This document shows positions 39,239 through 49,121 of a stretch of 64,000 nucleotides of DNA, in pieces; the first letter of the stretch is position 1, and each line of letters opens with the position of its first letter. Source of the stretch: a virus (lineage: Duplodnaviria; Caudoviricetes); IMG/VR virus record IMGVR_UViG_3300031555_003626, positions 1 through 64,000 of that record. The stretch is one strand, 5' to 3'. Below the pieces are notes generated by a model that was not told the DNA's origin, did no database searches, and was given only the letters and a program-made list of their open reading frames with translations. Both the position numbers and the translations under genes were made by a program.

Positions 39239-40879
39239 GTGAAAATAAATAAAATTATTACAGAGTCGGTAAAAAAAGCTTATATCGATCAATCTGGCAG
39301 TTTAGCATCAGTCAAAGATAAGCTTACTGCAAAAGCTAATGCAGACGGCTGCACAGACATTTATTATTTTGATGATCTTAAATTTGCTGAGCCGCTAAAA
39401 GCTGCTAAAGCCGGAGAAGATATTGTTGTGTATACAGATGAAGATTGCCAAGCCAACTGTCCAGAGCTTGCAACATTTAAAAATGTTACCATTCATGATA
39501 TAACTAGTGAATTTAAAAATGAGTCTCTTACTGAAGCGGAAGATACTGCAGATGAAGATATTGCAATTGATGACATTTTAGATGCGTCTGTTAGTGAGAT
39601 TGCTGATGCAGTTCAAGACGCTGCAGAGGAAGCTTCTGATGGTAAAGAGACTTACTCAGATGCGAAAGCACAAAAAATTGCTACCGAGCTAAAGACTGCT
39701 GCAAAAGGCTTTGATGCTGCTGCTTGGGCTCCTCTTGATGTACAAAGTGAACTTACTGATAAACTTGATGATTGTCTATCCAATGCCATGGTTGGTCATC
39801 ATATGGGCACACATGATGGTGTAGACCTTCTTGTTTGTGGATTACCTGGCTCAGGTAAGACAGGTATTACTAAACAGTGGGCAAAAGATAGAGGAGTAAA
39901 TCTTTTCTACCTTAATGCTAAGAATGATGACCTTGGCGCAATTCTTAACGGCTTCCCTGTAAATGTCGAAGAAGAAGATGAAGAACTTGGTAAAGTACAA
40001 CGAGTAGTTCGTTCGTATTCTAAGTCTTTGGATGCGCTCGATAGAAAAAATTCAGTATTATTCTTAGATGAGTTTAATAGAGCACCGTCTAAACTTCGTG
40101 CAGTTCTTCTTTCGCTTATTAATGAGCACGTAGTAGACGGTCCAGGTGAAGACGGTTTTAGACATTTCGATGAGCTTCTCTTCACAGTAGCCTGCATTAA
40201 CCCATCTGTTCCGACTGACCCCGGTGCTATGGACCTAAACGATGCAGAAATGTCTCGTTTTGTAGATACTTTGGACTGGGATTCTAACGTACCAGACGCA
40301 ATTAAATATATTAGATTTCATCTTAAAAAGATAATTGAGACGCTTGACTCTAAAGATGAACATTATAATTTCTTGTATGTTCGTTATAATAAAATTTTAA
40401 ATCTGGCTGAAGCACTCCTCACCTCCACCAACCCATTGTTTGAGTTTGACGACAGAGATGACCTTCTTGACTTGTTTAATGACCATGCTAAGATGCTTAA
40501 CCAGCGTTCAATTACAGATGCTCTTATGTCTCATGGCTATAGTAAAGAGAAATTTCTAAATTGGGTTGATAACTACTCAAAGTTCCTTGATAAAAACAAG
40601 GAAATGATTCACAATATTCTTGATAGCTGGGTTGAGCCTGAAGTAGTAGTACCCGGAGCGAACGGTGCACCTGCAACGCAGGCTACTGAGGCTCCTGCAG
40701 AAGATGCTGATAATCAAACTCCAGCAGATTCCGATGATTTTGATAGCGTTTTTGGTACAGAAGGTGAAGAGATCGATAGTGATTTATTTGGCAGTACCGC
40801 TTCTAACGCAGGTAAGGCTGCAAGAGTTAGCGCAGCTGATGCACTTAATCGTATAAAGGCTTTTGATTTCTCGCTCTAA
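39239..40879 (+). CDS. MoxR-like AAA+ ATPase
   Basis: GLPGSGKT, LFLDEFNRA, ACINP, SRF. Confidence 0.8.
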   Translation: MKINKIITESVKKAYIDQSGSLASVKDKLTAKANADGCTDIYYFDDLKFAEPLKAAKAGEDIVVYTDEDCQANCPELATFKNVTIHDITSEFKNESLTEAEDTADEDIAIDDILDASVSEIADAVQDAAEEASDGKETYSDAKAQKIATELKTAAKGFDAAAWAPLDVQSELTDKLDDCLSNAMVGHHMGTHDGVDLLVCGLPGSGKTGITKQWAKDRGVNLFYLNAKNDDLGAILNGFPVNVEEEDEELGKVQRVVRSYSKSLDALDRKNSVLFLDEFNRAPSKLRAVLLSLINEHVVDGPGEDGFRHFDELLFTVACINPSVPTDPGAMDLNDAEMSRFVDTLDWDSNVPDAIKYIRFHLKKIIETLDSKDEHYNFLYVRYNKILNLAEALLTSTNPLFEFDDRDDLLDLFNDHAKMLNQRSITDALMSHGYSKEKFLNWVDNYSKFLDKNKEMIHNILDSWVEPEVVVPGANGAPATQATEAPAEDADNQTPADSDDFDSVFGTEGEEIDSDLFGSTASNAGKAARVSAADALNRIKAFDFSL

Positions 40880-40903
40880 TCATGAGCTAAAGGAGATTTG
40901 ACT

Positions 40904-42085
40904 ATGCAAATAAATAGAGCATTACTAGAATCTTCTGATATAACTAGACACTTTATGACTGACGGAGAGCGAAAAGTTAAAAAAGCTCTCTGTCAGCTTT
41001 TAATAAATAAAGGTCATAGAAAATATGCAGAACGTTTCTGGAAATTTGATTTTAATATTATAGACTCTAAAAAACATCCCGATTTTACTGCAGCTATTTC
41101 TTTTGATGAAGCAACTGTATTTATTAGTGATGGCTTTTTAGGTACAAGCGAAGCTATTTTTAATCAGCTTGATGTTTTACTTCGTCATGAGCTCGCACAC
41201 AATCTTATGATGCATCAAATTCGTCTTATGCACATTTTTAAAAGATTACACAAAAACGACCCAGACGAAGCTTATGAGCATATTAGATACAGTGCCAGCT
41301 TACATCATATTTTAAATATTATAGAAGACTTCGAAATTTCTAATAAACGATATACTGATGCAGACAAAAAGATAGTCAAAGCAATGACACTTAACGGTAG
41401 ACAGATTGGTGGACTTATTACAGAAGAAGATAGAGCCCATTGGGCAAAAATGCCACTTGAAGCTATGTATGAGGAACTTTCTAACGAGCTTATTCAGATT
41501 AATCGTGATATTAGAAGTGATCCTTACTGGCAGCCGAGATCACGAGTAAAAAATAATACGCGTATCTATGACCCTATTGATATCACTGGTAGTGGCTTAG
41601 ATGCTGATACTAGAGCTATCGCAGTATATAGAGACATAATGAAGCCTTCTGGTATTCGTGCTCCTATAGATATATTTATAAAGTCTAAGATTTTTAATAG
41701 ATATGCAGATATTTATAAAAAATTAATAACAGTAGTCTATGAAGCTTTTAAAGATTTTGAAACTGATACAGAAAAACAAAAGCTTTTAGACATTGTAAAA
41801 GACATCGCTGGCACGAGCCCGCAGGAAAAGTTTGATATTATAAACCCAAGAACTGGCGAAATAGTGACAACTTTGTATACTCCTGAAGATAAGGTGTTAG
41901 CTAACGAAGTTTTAAAAAATCTTGGTGGCAATATTAATTACGACCCACTTAAATTTAATATAAAAAGAAAAACTAATTCTCAAGATTATAAAGATGCTTG
42001 GAATAAAGTTGTAGCAGCATTAGATAAAAAGCAGTATGATGATGAAACACTGAACCAAGTTTTAGCTGCAATAAATAATGCATAA
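40904..42085 (+). CDS. HEXXH metallopeptidase-like protein
   Basis: LRHELAHNLMMH and NIIEDFEIS, as in vWA-associated peptidase domains. Confidence 0.7.
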   Translation: MQINRALLESSDITRHFMTDGERKVKKALCQLLINKGHRKYAERFWKFDFNIIDSKKHPDFTAAISFDEATVFISDGFLGTSEAIFNQLDVLLRHELAHNLMMHQIRLMHIFKRLHKNDPDEAYEHIRYSASLHHILNIIEDFEISNKRYTDADKKIVKAMTLNGRQIGGLITEEDRAHWAKMPLEAMYEELSNELIQINRDIRSDPYWQPRSRVKNNTRIYDPIDITGSGLDADTRAIAVYRDIMKPSGIRAPIDIFIKSKIFNRYADIYKKLITVVYEAFKDFETDTEKQKLLDIVKDIAGTSPQEKFDIINPRTGEIVTTLYTPEDKVLANEVLKNLGGNINYDPLKFNIKRKTNSQDYKDAWNKVVAALDKKQYDDETLNQVLAAINNA

Positions 42086-42111
42086 TAGCAAAATTGAAAG
42101 GTAAAGACTAG

Positions 42112-43917
42112 ATGGATATTAAAGATATTTTAGATTCACTTGGAATAGACTTGACAAACCCAGATGCTAAGCGTGGTGCTGCTGAAGCTATTCAAGCGAT
42201 TCTCGGCTCTCGTACGCCCCCGCCACCCAATATGAGTGGAGCTGGACTTCCCGGTGAAAAAGAGATAGATGTTGAAATCGACCCGGACCTACTTCAGCCT
42301 TCGCAAAAGTTTAATCAACCAGAAAGTGATGAAGATATAGAAATTGAAGATGAAGAAGACATCTTAAGTCAAATTAAACATAACGAGTCAGAAGACGACC
42401 TAGAGGATGATGGAAATAGCTCTGGCGATGATTCGTTAGACAGCGACTCCAATGGTGATAAGACCGATTCTAAGGAAGACTCCGGTGAGGCAGGTGACGC
42501 TGAAGGTCAGGATAAGGGCGAAGAAGCTGATAAAAAGACTCCAGGCTCATCTGAAGAACCTAGCGACGAGGAGGAAGGCTCTGATGATAACGAGCAGAGC
42601 GGCAATGAGTCTGGCGAGGACGGAGAAGACATTGAAGGCGACGAGCTTGACGATAATGTAGACTCAGATGAAGTTAACGACGATGAATTAAAGAATTCTT
42701 ATGATGACGATGAAGATTCTGACGAGGACGAAGAAGAAACCGAAGATGAAGCTTCTGATGAAGATTCTGATGAAGACGAGTTTGATGAAGATGACGCTGA
42801 CGAAGTTGACTTCGATGATGAGTCTGAAGAAGATGAATTTGAATTTGATGAAGATGAGTTTTTAGACGATGAATTAAAGAATTCTTATGATGATCAAGAA
42901 ATAAAATCTAAGCATGAAGCACGTGTGAGAAAAAGAGAGCGCACTTTAACAGCGGCTAAAGCTGCACTGGAAAAAGCTAAAACTAGAAATGTCGCTCCTG
43001 CCCTAATTAGAGAGTTGGAAAAATCTATTGAAGCTCTTGAAAGCTTAGTAGAGGCTGCTCAGAAAAACTTAAAAGATATCTCAGACGATGAATTTAACTT
43101 AATGATAAATCGCGTATTTGATGCAATAAGCGCAGTTGGAGATACTGACCTTACCTTTACTACGGATGAAGAACGTGAGCTTAGAGCCCAAGAGATTAAG
43201 GCTGACCTTGGAAGTAGAGAAACCCAACAAGCACTTTCTGATGAAGATATTGCGGCAATCAGAGCGGAAACTCAGGCTGTCAAGGCTAGAGAAAAAGAAA
43301 CAGCTATCTATAAAAAGCCTGCGGCGAGCTCATTTAAAGGTTTCCGAGAATTTTTAAATAGCTTATATCGTGCTATTGCTTTACAGGTTCAAACTAATGA
43401 AGTACAAGATGATACCTGGTCTGCTATTAATAGACGTTATAGTGGTACAGGCGTACTAAAGCAGGGACAGCGTAAGAATGACCTTCCAGATAGAAAAATT
43501 CCAATAATTGATTTCTATTTTGACTGTTCAGGCTCTTGGGGACCTAAAGATATAGAAGTTGGCAAGAGAGCTGTTAGTACTTTAGTAGATATGGAAGAAA
43601 AAGGTCAGATTAAAATTAATATATACTACTTCTCAAACCATGTATTTAACGATATGCAGTCTGCTCTTGATGAAGGTGGTACAAGAGCTTGGAATGATAT
43701 TGTAAAAAATATCATTAGTACGCAAGCTACTAATGTTGTCATTATGACAGACGCCGATATGGAAGACTGGTGGGAAGGCCCAGAAGCCTTAAAATATACC
43801 GTTCCAGGCTATGTCTGGTATCTCTGGAGAGATGGACAAAACGCGCCAAGACTCCCGAGAGACCTCAAAGGGCGTGGCGGTGTGCAGCAGTTCTCATTTA
43901 GTCAGGGAGATGTTTAA
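42112..43917 (+). CDS. vWA domain protein with long acidic linker
   Basis: MIDAS DCSGS, GGT, MTDAD. Confidence 0.75.
   Translation: MDIKDILDSLGIDLTNPDAKRGAAEAIQAILGSRTPPPPNMSGAGLPGEKEIDVEIDPDLLQPSQKFNQPESDEDIEIEDEEDILSQIKHNESEDDLEDDGNSSGDDSLDSDSNGDKTDSKEDSGEAGDAEGQDKGEEADKKTPGSSEEPSDEEEGSDDNEQSGNESGEDGEDIEGDELDDNVDSDEVNDDELKNSYDDDEDSDEDEEETEDEASDEDSDEDEFDEDDADEVDFDDESEEDEFEFDEDEFLDDELKNSYDDQEIKSKHEARVRKRERTLTAAKAALEKAKTRNVAPALIRELEKSIEALESLVEAAQKNLKDISDDEFNLMINRVFDAISAVGDTDLTFTTDEERELRAQEIKADLGSRETQQALSDEDIAAIRAETQAVKAREKETAIYKKPAASSFKGFREFLNSLYRAIALQVQTNEVQDDTWSAINRRYSGTGVLKQGQRKNDLPDRKIPIIDFYFDCSGSWGPKDIEVGKRAVSTLVDMEEKGQIKINIYYFSNHVFNDMQSALDEGGTRAWNDIVKNIISTQATNVVIMTDADMEDWWEGPEALKYTVPGYVWYLWRDGQNAPRLPRDLKGRGGVQQFSFSQGDV
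42679..42893 (+). repeat. 29-bp direct repeat within the acidic linker
   Basis: GACGATGAATTAAAGAATTCTTATGATGA at 42679 and 42865. Confidence 0.8.
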
Positions 43918-43919
43918 TA

Positions 43920-44366
43920 ATGGGCATTACGATTAAAGATAAAATTAAAGCAGATAAAAATTTTATAAATGACTTGATTGCGAAAAGCTGGGAAGATAGC
44001 GAAAGTATTCAAAATCAGATAGACTGTATTGAAACTGATTCTGAGATAGCTGCTAAAACAGTAAAGCTACTAAAAGATCTTCTTACTAGTTATTATGTAT
44101 TTACTGGCTGTTTAGAAAATCTTGCAAACGAACCAGTTGAAGCTGCTAGGATTAATGAGCCTGTAGAAGTTGCTGAGCCTGAGGTTATTGTGCCGGAAAA
44201 GCTTACAATAATTCCGGAAGAACCCGTAAAAGCTAATAATGAACCAGATATTGATTTCTTTTCAGAGCTAGATGCTGATGAACCGGAAAGCGAGCCCTTT
44301 GAGTACTTTGTAGACTTCGACGACCCTGTCGGTGAACCGCTAACAGATGATGATTTATATAATTAA
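43920..44366 (+). CDS. Hypothetical acidic protein
   Basis: ORF within the operon, followed by a terminator. Confidence 0.65.
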   Translation: MGITIKDKIKADKNFINDLIAKSWEDSESIQNQIDCIETDSEIAAKTVKLLKDLLTSYYVFTGCLENLANEPVEAARINEPVEVAEPEVIVPEKLTIIPEEPVKANNEPDIDFFSELDADEPESEPFEYFVDFDDPVGEPLTDDDLYN

Positions 44367-44423
44367 ATAATTAATAAAAGCTTCGTATTTGTTTACGAGG
44401 CTTTTTATTTCTGCTAAATTATA

Positions 44424-44477
44424 CGACGGCTGTGGCAACAAAGCGGACTTAGCCTTTCACCGCCGCTATGGCCGTCG
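44424..44477 (+). ncRNA. Candidate structured leader RNA
   Basis: CGACGGCTGTGGC / GCTATGGCCGTCG 13-bp stem enclosing a GCGG/CCGC stem. Confidence 0.4.
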
Positions 44478-44513
44478 CTTGTTTGTAAATAAATTTCATA
44501 AGGAGTATACCTA

Positions 44514-45815
44514 ATGATAAATGATAAACTTTTTTTAGAAGAATTTGATGAAGAGCCCATTGAAGAAGCTAAAAAAGCTAAGCGTAGACGTAAGAAACCC
44601 TGTAGCTCTATTACTTACACCACAGGTGATATTGGCTTAAATATAGATAGATTTAATACTGCTATGGGAACGGCTGACCTTGGCGATTCTGGTGCTGATA
44701 CTGGAGCTTCAGAAGGTGGAGCTATAGGAGAAAGTCTCAAACTAAAAGAAAGCTGGGAAGAATTTGATTTTGAAGATTATAATAGCGATGATGTAGTTAC
44801 AGTTGTAATCGTTGACAAAAGATTTGATCCTCTATTTAAAAAGGACCACAAAGAGTCTTTAAGTAGGAATAATGTAAAAGTAGAGGGACACTATTTTAAC
44901 GGAATCGTTGTAACTGGCAAAGTTGGTGACATTATCCAAGTCTGTGATGACTGTCATGTAATGAATCCAAATAAAATTTTTATGGAAGCTTTATCGCTTA
45001 CTGAAGCTAAACGCTATGTACGCAGATATTATATCCGTCCACAAAATATATTCTGTTCCAACAAGGCTGAAATACTCAAGGCGCTTATCGAACTTGATGA
45101 TGCTAACTGTAGCGTCTACACTCTTAACAATCTCGGCGACGATAAAGATGTAAGTAAACTTATGAATAGTGATATTATTTATTACTATGATGATGGAATC
45201 CTTTATGATAAGAATCACGTAAAGGTTATGGATTACGACCTTTCTATTAAAAAAGAAGAAGAACGTAAAAAACTCGCTAAAGTTAACGATGACTCTAAAG
45301 AGTTTAAGTCAGAGTACGAAGACCGTATGACAGCAGCTACCGAGTTAGAAGAAAGCCAGGAGGCACTAGACGGTGCTTTTAATACAGTATTAGATGGTAT
45401 TTTTGATAACTGTGATTATGATGTTATTAGCGCTGATTTTACGCCAATGGGTGATAAAGTTATTATTACTTTAAATCATAATGCTTATGACATCGAGGCT
45501 GCTGCTGAGGAGCTTATGACCTGTCTAGATAATGCTGGTATCCCTGCAATTGATTGGAATACTAATGGCTCAAACGTGTTTATTTTTACACTAAACCCTG
45601 ATAATGCCTTTGATCTTGACTTTGACGATGTCAATGTTTATGGTGAAAATTTAACAGAAGCTATGCACGAGGCTTGCTGCATTTGTGGCGAATCTATTGA
45701 TGGCTATGGAAATAACCCTGAACCATATATGAGCGCCGACAAAGGTCGATGCTGTGACTCGTGTAATCTTCATTTCGTAATTCCACTGAGAATTGAACAA
45801 TCAGAGGAGGCTTAA
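44514..45815 (+). CDS. Hypothetical multidomain late protein with C-terminal Cys cluster
   Basis: CCICG...GNNPEP...CCDSCN; many LxE sites. Confidence 0.7.
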   Translation: MINDKLFLEEFDEEPIEEAKKAKRRRKKPCSSITYTTGDIGLNIDRFNTAMGTADLGDSGADTGASEGGAIGESLKLKESWEEFDFEDYNSDDVVTVVIVDKRFDPLFKKDHKESLSRNNVKVEGHYFNGIVVTGKVGDIIQVCDDCHVMNPNKIFMEALSLTEAKRYVRRYYIRPQNIFCSNKAEILKALIELDDANCSVYTLNNLGDDKDVSKLMNSDIIYYYDDGILYDKNHVKVMDYDLSIKKEEERKKLAKVNDDSKEFKSEYEDRMTAATELEESQEALDGAFNTVLDGIFDNCDYDVISADFTPMGDKVIITLNHNAYDIEAAAEELMTCLDNAGIPAIDWNTNGSNVFIFTLNPDNAFDLDFDDVNVYGENLTEAMHEACCICGESIDGYGNNPEPYMSADKGRCCDSCNLHFVIPLRIEQSEEA

Positions 45816-45816
45816 T

Positions 45817-47244
45817 ATGGCAACAGTATATGATCCGGCGATTCTTATGCCTACAAAGCCCGAAATAGAGAAAATCTTATCGGCAAAAGTGAGCTATGAA
45901 GCAGCACAAAGTAAGCCTGACAGAGATATCTGGAATAAAAAGAACTTTAATCTAACCCCATGGGGTATTGCTTATAATTGTAGTAAAGCCAAACACGATA
46001 AGTCTGTGGCTTCGGCGAAGAGCAAAGGCAAAAAAGTACCAAATGCAAGAGCCGATGATGCACTAAGATACTTTATTATTGCAGTGGCAATCGGCTGGCA
46101 GGAACTTATTGACCAGTTAAAGCGCACCATAAAAAACTGGGGGTATACCACAGGTGAGCTTCAAGAAATGGCTAAGCAAGTTTGGCAACAACCAGCTAAT
46201 GCTCAACTAATTTCAACTACAGTAGAGTTAGTACAAGCTGAAGGTAAAATTAAGCTGACGGAAGCAATCGAAAAGCACGATTCCCTAAACAGCAAACTGT
46301 TTACAAAAGAAGAAATGCTAAAAGATAAAGTACGCGATAAAATGCTAGAAATCGTTGATACTTTCTTAGATGACCTAAAAGAGCAAGATATTAAAATAAA
46401 AGTTGACGACATTTTATTTATTGGGTCTAATGCTAGTTACAACTATACAAAAGATAGTGATATAGACCTTCACATACTTGCAAATACTAAAGCTGTTGAT
46501 TACCCGGCAGACCTTGGAGCAGCAATATACAGTGCATATAGAAGTATCTTTAATAAAAATTTAGATATAACTCTTTATGATATTCCACTTGAGATTTTTG
46601 TAGAAACTGAAGATAGTGCAAGGGTGAGCAATGGAGTTTATTCCGTAAAGAAAAATAAATGGATCAAAAAGCCAATACAAGAAGAGATTCCAGAATACGA
46701 TAAAGAGGCACTTAATAAGCTTGTCGATGAGTGGGAAGAAAAGTGTAAGAAGCTTATTGATGATATAAAAGCAGACAAGCTTGATGATGAGAAAAAAGTT
46801 GTTAAGATGCTCGAAGATATTTACGAGAAACTTCGTAAGAAGGGCGTTGCTAAAGGCGAATATGCTATCGAAAACCTTGCGTTTAAGGAGCTTAGAAACA
46901 AAGGCTATCTTGATCAACTAAAAGACTATAGAAATGAGCTTACTTCTAAAAGACTTTCTCTTGAAGAGCAATTAAGTGCTAAGGCTAGACGAAATATTGA
47001 AATTCAAATTGCTCGAGCTGCAGGCACTCAGCCAATTATTCAAGATAATGGAATGTTCTTCATCTATAATCTAAAAGCTTCCGAGATAGACAGAGCTGTA
47101 AGAGCTCTTAAAGCACTCGATTTCGTCGAAGAGGTATATAGCTCTGAAAGCGGCAAACTTGATTTCAGTAAAATGATAATGGCTCCAGGGCAAATGCCTG
47201 CTAAGTATTATAATATTAGAGGCAAAATAAACTGGCCTGATTAA
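45817..47244 (+). CDS. Pol-beta superfamily nucleotidyltransferase
   Basis: IGSNASYNYTKDSDIDLH (GS...DxD); ATG 45817 after GAGGAGG. Confidence 0.8.
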   Translation: MATVYDPAILMPTKPEIEKILSAKVSYEAAQSKPDRDIWNKKNFNLTPWGIAYNCSKAKHDKSVASAKSKGKKVPNARADDALRYFIIAVAIGWQELIDQLKRTIKNWGYTTGELQEMAKQVWQQPANAQLISTTVELVQAEGKIKLTEAIEKHDSLNSKLFTKEEMLKDKVRDKMLEIVDTFLDDLKEQDIKIKVDDILFIGSNASYNYTKDSDIDLHILANTKAVDYPADLGAAIYSAYRSIFNKNLDITLYDIPLEIFVETEDSARVSNGVYSVKKNKWIKKPIQEEIPEYDKEALNKLVDEWEEKCKKLIDDIKADKLDDEKKVVKMLEDIYEKLRKKGVAKGEYAIENLAFKELRNKGYLDQLKDYRNELTSKRLSLEEQLSAKARRNIEIQIARAAGTQPIIQDNGMFFIYNLKASEIDRAVRALKALDFVEEVYSSESGKLDFSKMIMAPGQMPAKYYNIRGKINWPD

Positions 47245-47319
47245 AATTAAATAATTAAAGTATCTGATCTCATAAAAATGGGATCAGGTATTTTCTTTTA
47301 TAAAAGGAGATGTGATATA

Positions 47320-48126
47320 ATGACAAAAATAAAAGTCTGTTTAGATGCTGGTCACTATGGTAAATATAACCAAAGCCCAGTTAATTCAAAATACTATGAG
47401 TCAGATATGGCTTGGAAGCTACACCTAAAGTTAAAGAAATATTTAGAAGCCTATGGTATTGAAGTAACTACAACTCGTACAAAGCAGAAAAATGATATGA
47501 AATTAACTGCAAGAGGTAAAACAGCCAAAGGCTGTGATTTATTTCTATCTATTCATTCCAACGCAGCAACTAAAGAATCTGTAGACTATCCGGTAGCTTT
47601 CGTACCTATTAATGGAAGTGCTGATAAACTCGGTGCGGAATTAGCGAGATGTATTGAGCAAGTAATGGAAACTAAACAAAGTGGACGAGCTGTTTCAAAA
47701 AAATCAGAAAAAGGTAATTGGGATTATTATAGTGTTATTAACGGAGCAGTTTCTGTGGGTGTACCCGGAATAATACTGGAGCACAGCTTTCATACAAATA
47801 CGAAAGCCACAAAATGGCTAATGGTAGATTCAAACCTTGAGAACCTGGCTAAAGCTGAAGCCAATGTTATTGCAAAATATTTTAATATAAGTAATAAGAC
47901 TATGAAAGTTGAATTACCTTTACTATTTTTAAATATGAAAAGCGATACTGTTAAAGCTCTACAAACCTTACTTATCGGATATGGCTACTCCTGCGGTAAG
48001 GCCGGAGCTGATGGCGACTTTGGTAATAATACGGTTCAAGCATTAAAAAGTTTTCAAAAAGATAAAGAACTTATCGTAGATGGCTGCTGCGGAGCTAAGA
48101 CTTGGTCAAAACTTCTCGGAGTATAA
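47320..48126 (+). CDS. Endolysin: N-acetylmuramoyl-L-alanine amidase (amidase_3) plus PG-binding domain
   Basis: LDAGH, SIHSNA, ILEHSFH; DGDFG..T...FQ...DG..G..TW. Confidence 0.9.
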   Translation: MTKIKVCLDAGHYGKYNQSPVNSKYYESDMAWKLHLKLKKYLEAYGIEVTTTRTKQKNDMKLTARGKTAKGCDLFLSIHSNAATKESVDYPVAFVPINGSADKLGAELARCIEQVMETKQSGRAVSKKSEKGNWDYYSVINGAVSVGVPGIILEHSFHTNTKATKWLMVDSNLENLAKAEANVIAKYFNISNKTMKVELPLLFLNMKSDTVKALQTLLIGYGYSCGKAGADGDFGNNTVQALKSFQKDKELIVDGCCGAKTWSKLLGV

Positions 48127-48176
48127 AAGCATTTGCTAAATTATACGTAAACAAACTTGAAAGGACAAAGAGCTAT

Positions 48177-49073
48177 ATGAAAAGGCAAACTCTACAGGAG
48201 CAATGCTTAATAGAATTATATAAGCTGGATGAAGCTACAAGAAATCAACTTATAGCTCAGTCTAGAAATGTTGGACGATATAAGGATATCTCTCGTGGCA
48301 AAACACGCATGGAGCGCAAGAAGTATTCTAAAGTAGCTAACGCCGTAAAATCTTATAACGAAATTAACATGAATGATTTCTGGAAAAGTGATATACTTAA
48401 GGTAAACATTCCAGTAGTCGGCGAAACTGATGAGTATACTGTTACAATAAAGCTTGAGGGCGTTGTAGCTGAACTTCAGAAAAATATTAAAAATAATCAA
48501 AATAAATTTGAGTTTAAAGCAATTATTCAAGCATTGACTAAAGTTTTTAACACTTCTGACGTCTACGTAAAATGCACTTGCCCTGATTTTAAGTATAGAT
48601 TCGCCCACCACTTAATAGTTGCTAATGTATCCGTAGATGACTCTTCAAAGGATCCTGGACCTGGAAAAGGAATAGTCAACCCAAATGATGATAAGGGCAG
48701 AGGCTGTAAGCATGTTTTATGTGTATTGTCAAATGGAAGCTGGATGATGAAAGTAGCATCAGTAATAAATAACTACTGTCATTATCTGTCTGAGAAAAAA
48801 CCTGATGCTTTTCTAAAACTCGTTTTTCCTAAGCTTTATGGTGTTCCTGCAGACGAAGCCGATCAAAATGGTATTGTAGAAGATAATGAAGATCTTGAGT
48901 CTGGTAAAGACCTTATCGACGTTGTTAATGACTGGGCCCGTAATAGAGGTAAGTTTAAAAAAGGCTCCAATAAAAATCCTGTCACTAGTACAGGCCCCGG
49001 TGATAAGAAAAACAAGGAAGAGCCTGATGAAGCTTCTGAAGAGCCTGTTGAGGAAATAGAAGATAAAAAATAA
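48177..49073 (+). CDS. SWIM zinc-finger protein
   Basis: CTCPDF...CKH. Confidence 0.7.
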   Translation: MKRQTLQEQCLIELYKLDEATRNQLIAQSRNVGRYKDISRGKTRMERKKYSKVANAVKSYNEINMNDFWKSDILKVNIPVVGETDEYTVTIKLEGVVAELQKNIKNNQNKFEFKAIIQALTKVFNTSDVYVKCTCPDFKYRFAHHLIVANVSVDDSSKDPGPGKGIVNPNDDKGRGCKHVLCVLSNGSWMMKVASVINNYCHYLSEKKPDAFLKLVFPKLYGVPADEADQNGIVEDNEDLESGKDLIDVVNDWARNRGKFKKGSNKNPVTSTGPGDKKNKEEPDEASEEPVEEIEDKK

Positions 49074-49121
49074 TATCGTATAATATATAGTATAGAAATA
49101 TATAGGAGATTTTTCGAATTG

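Larger units (their letters stand above)
1849..49084 (+). promoter_or_regulatory. Dispersed T(T/C)GTAT(A/T)ATA motif, putative early/middle promoter
   Basis: At 1849, 3476, 4844, 8425, 9494, 15998, 22651, 24336, 27086, 28568, 29663, 49076, with a variant at 12918; upstream of replication and metabolism genes. Confidence 0.7.
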
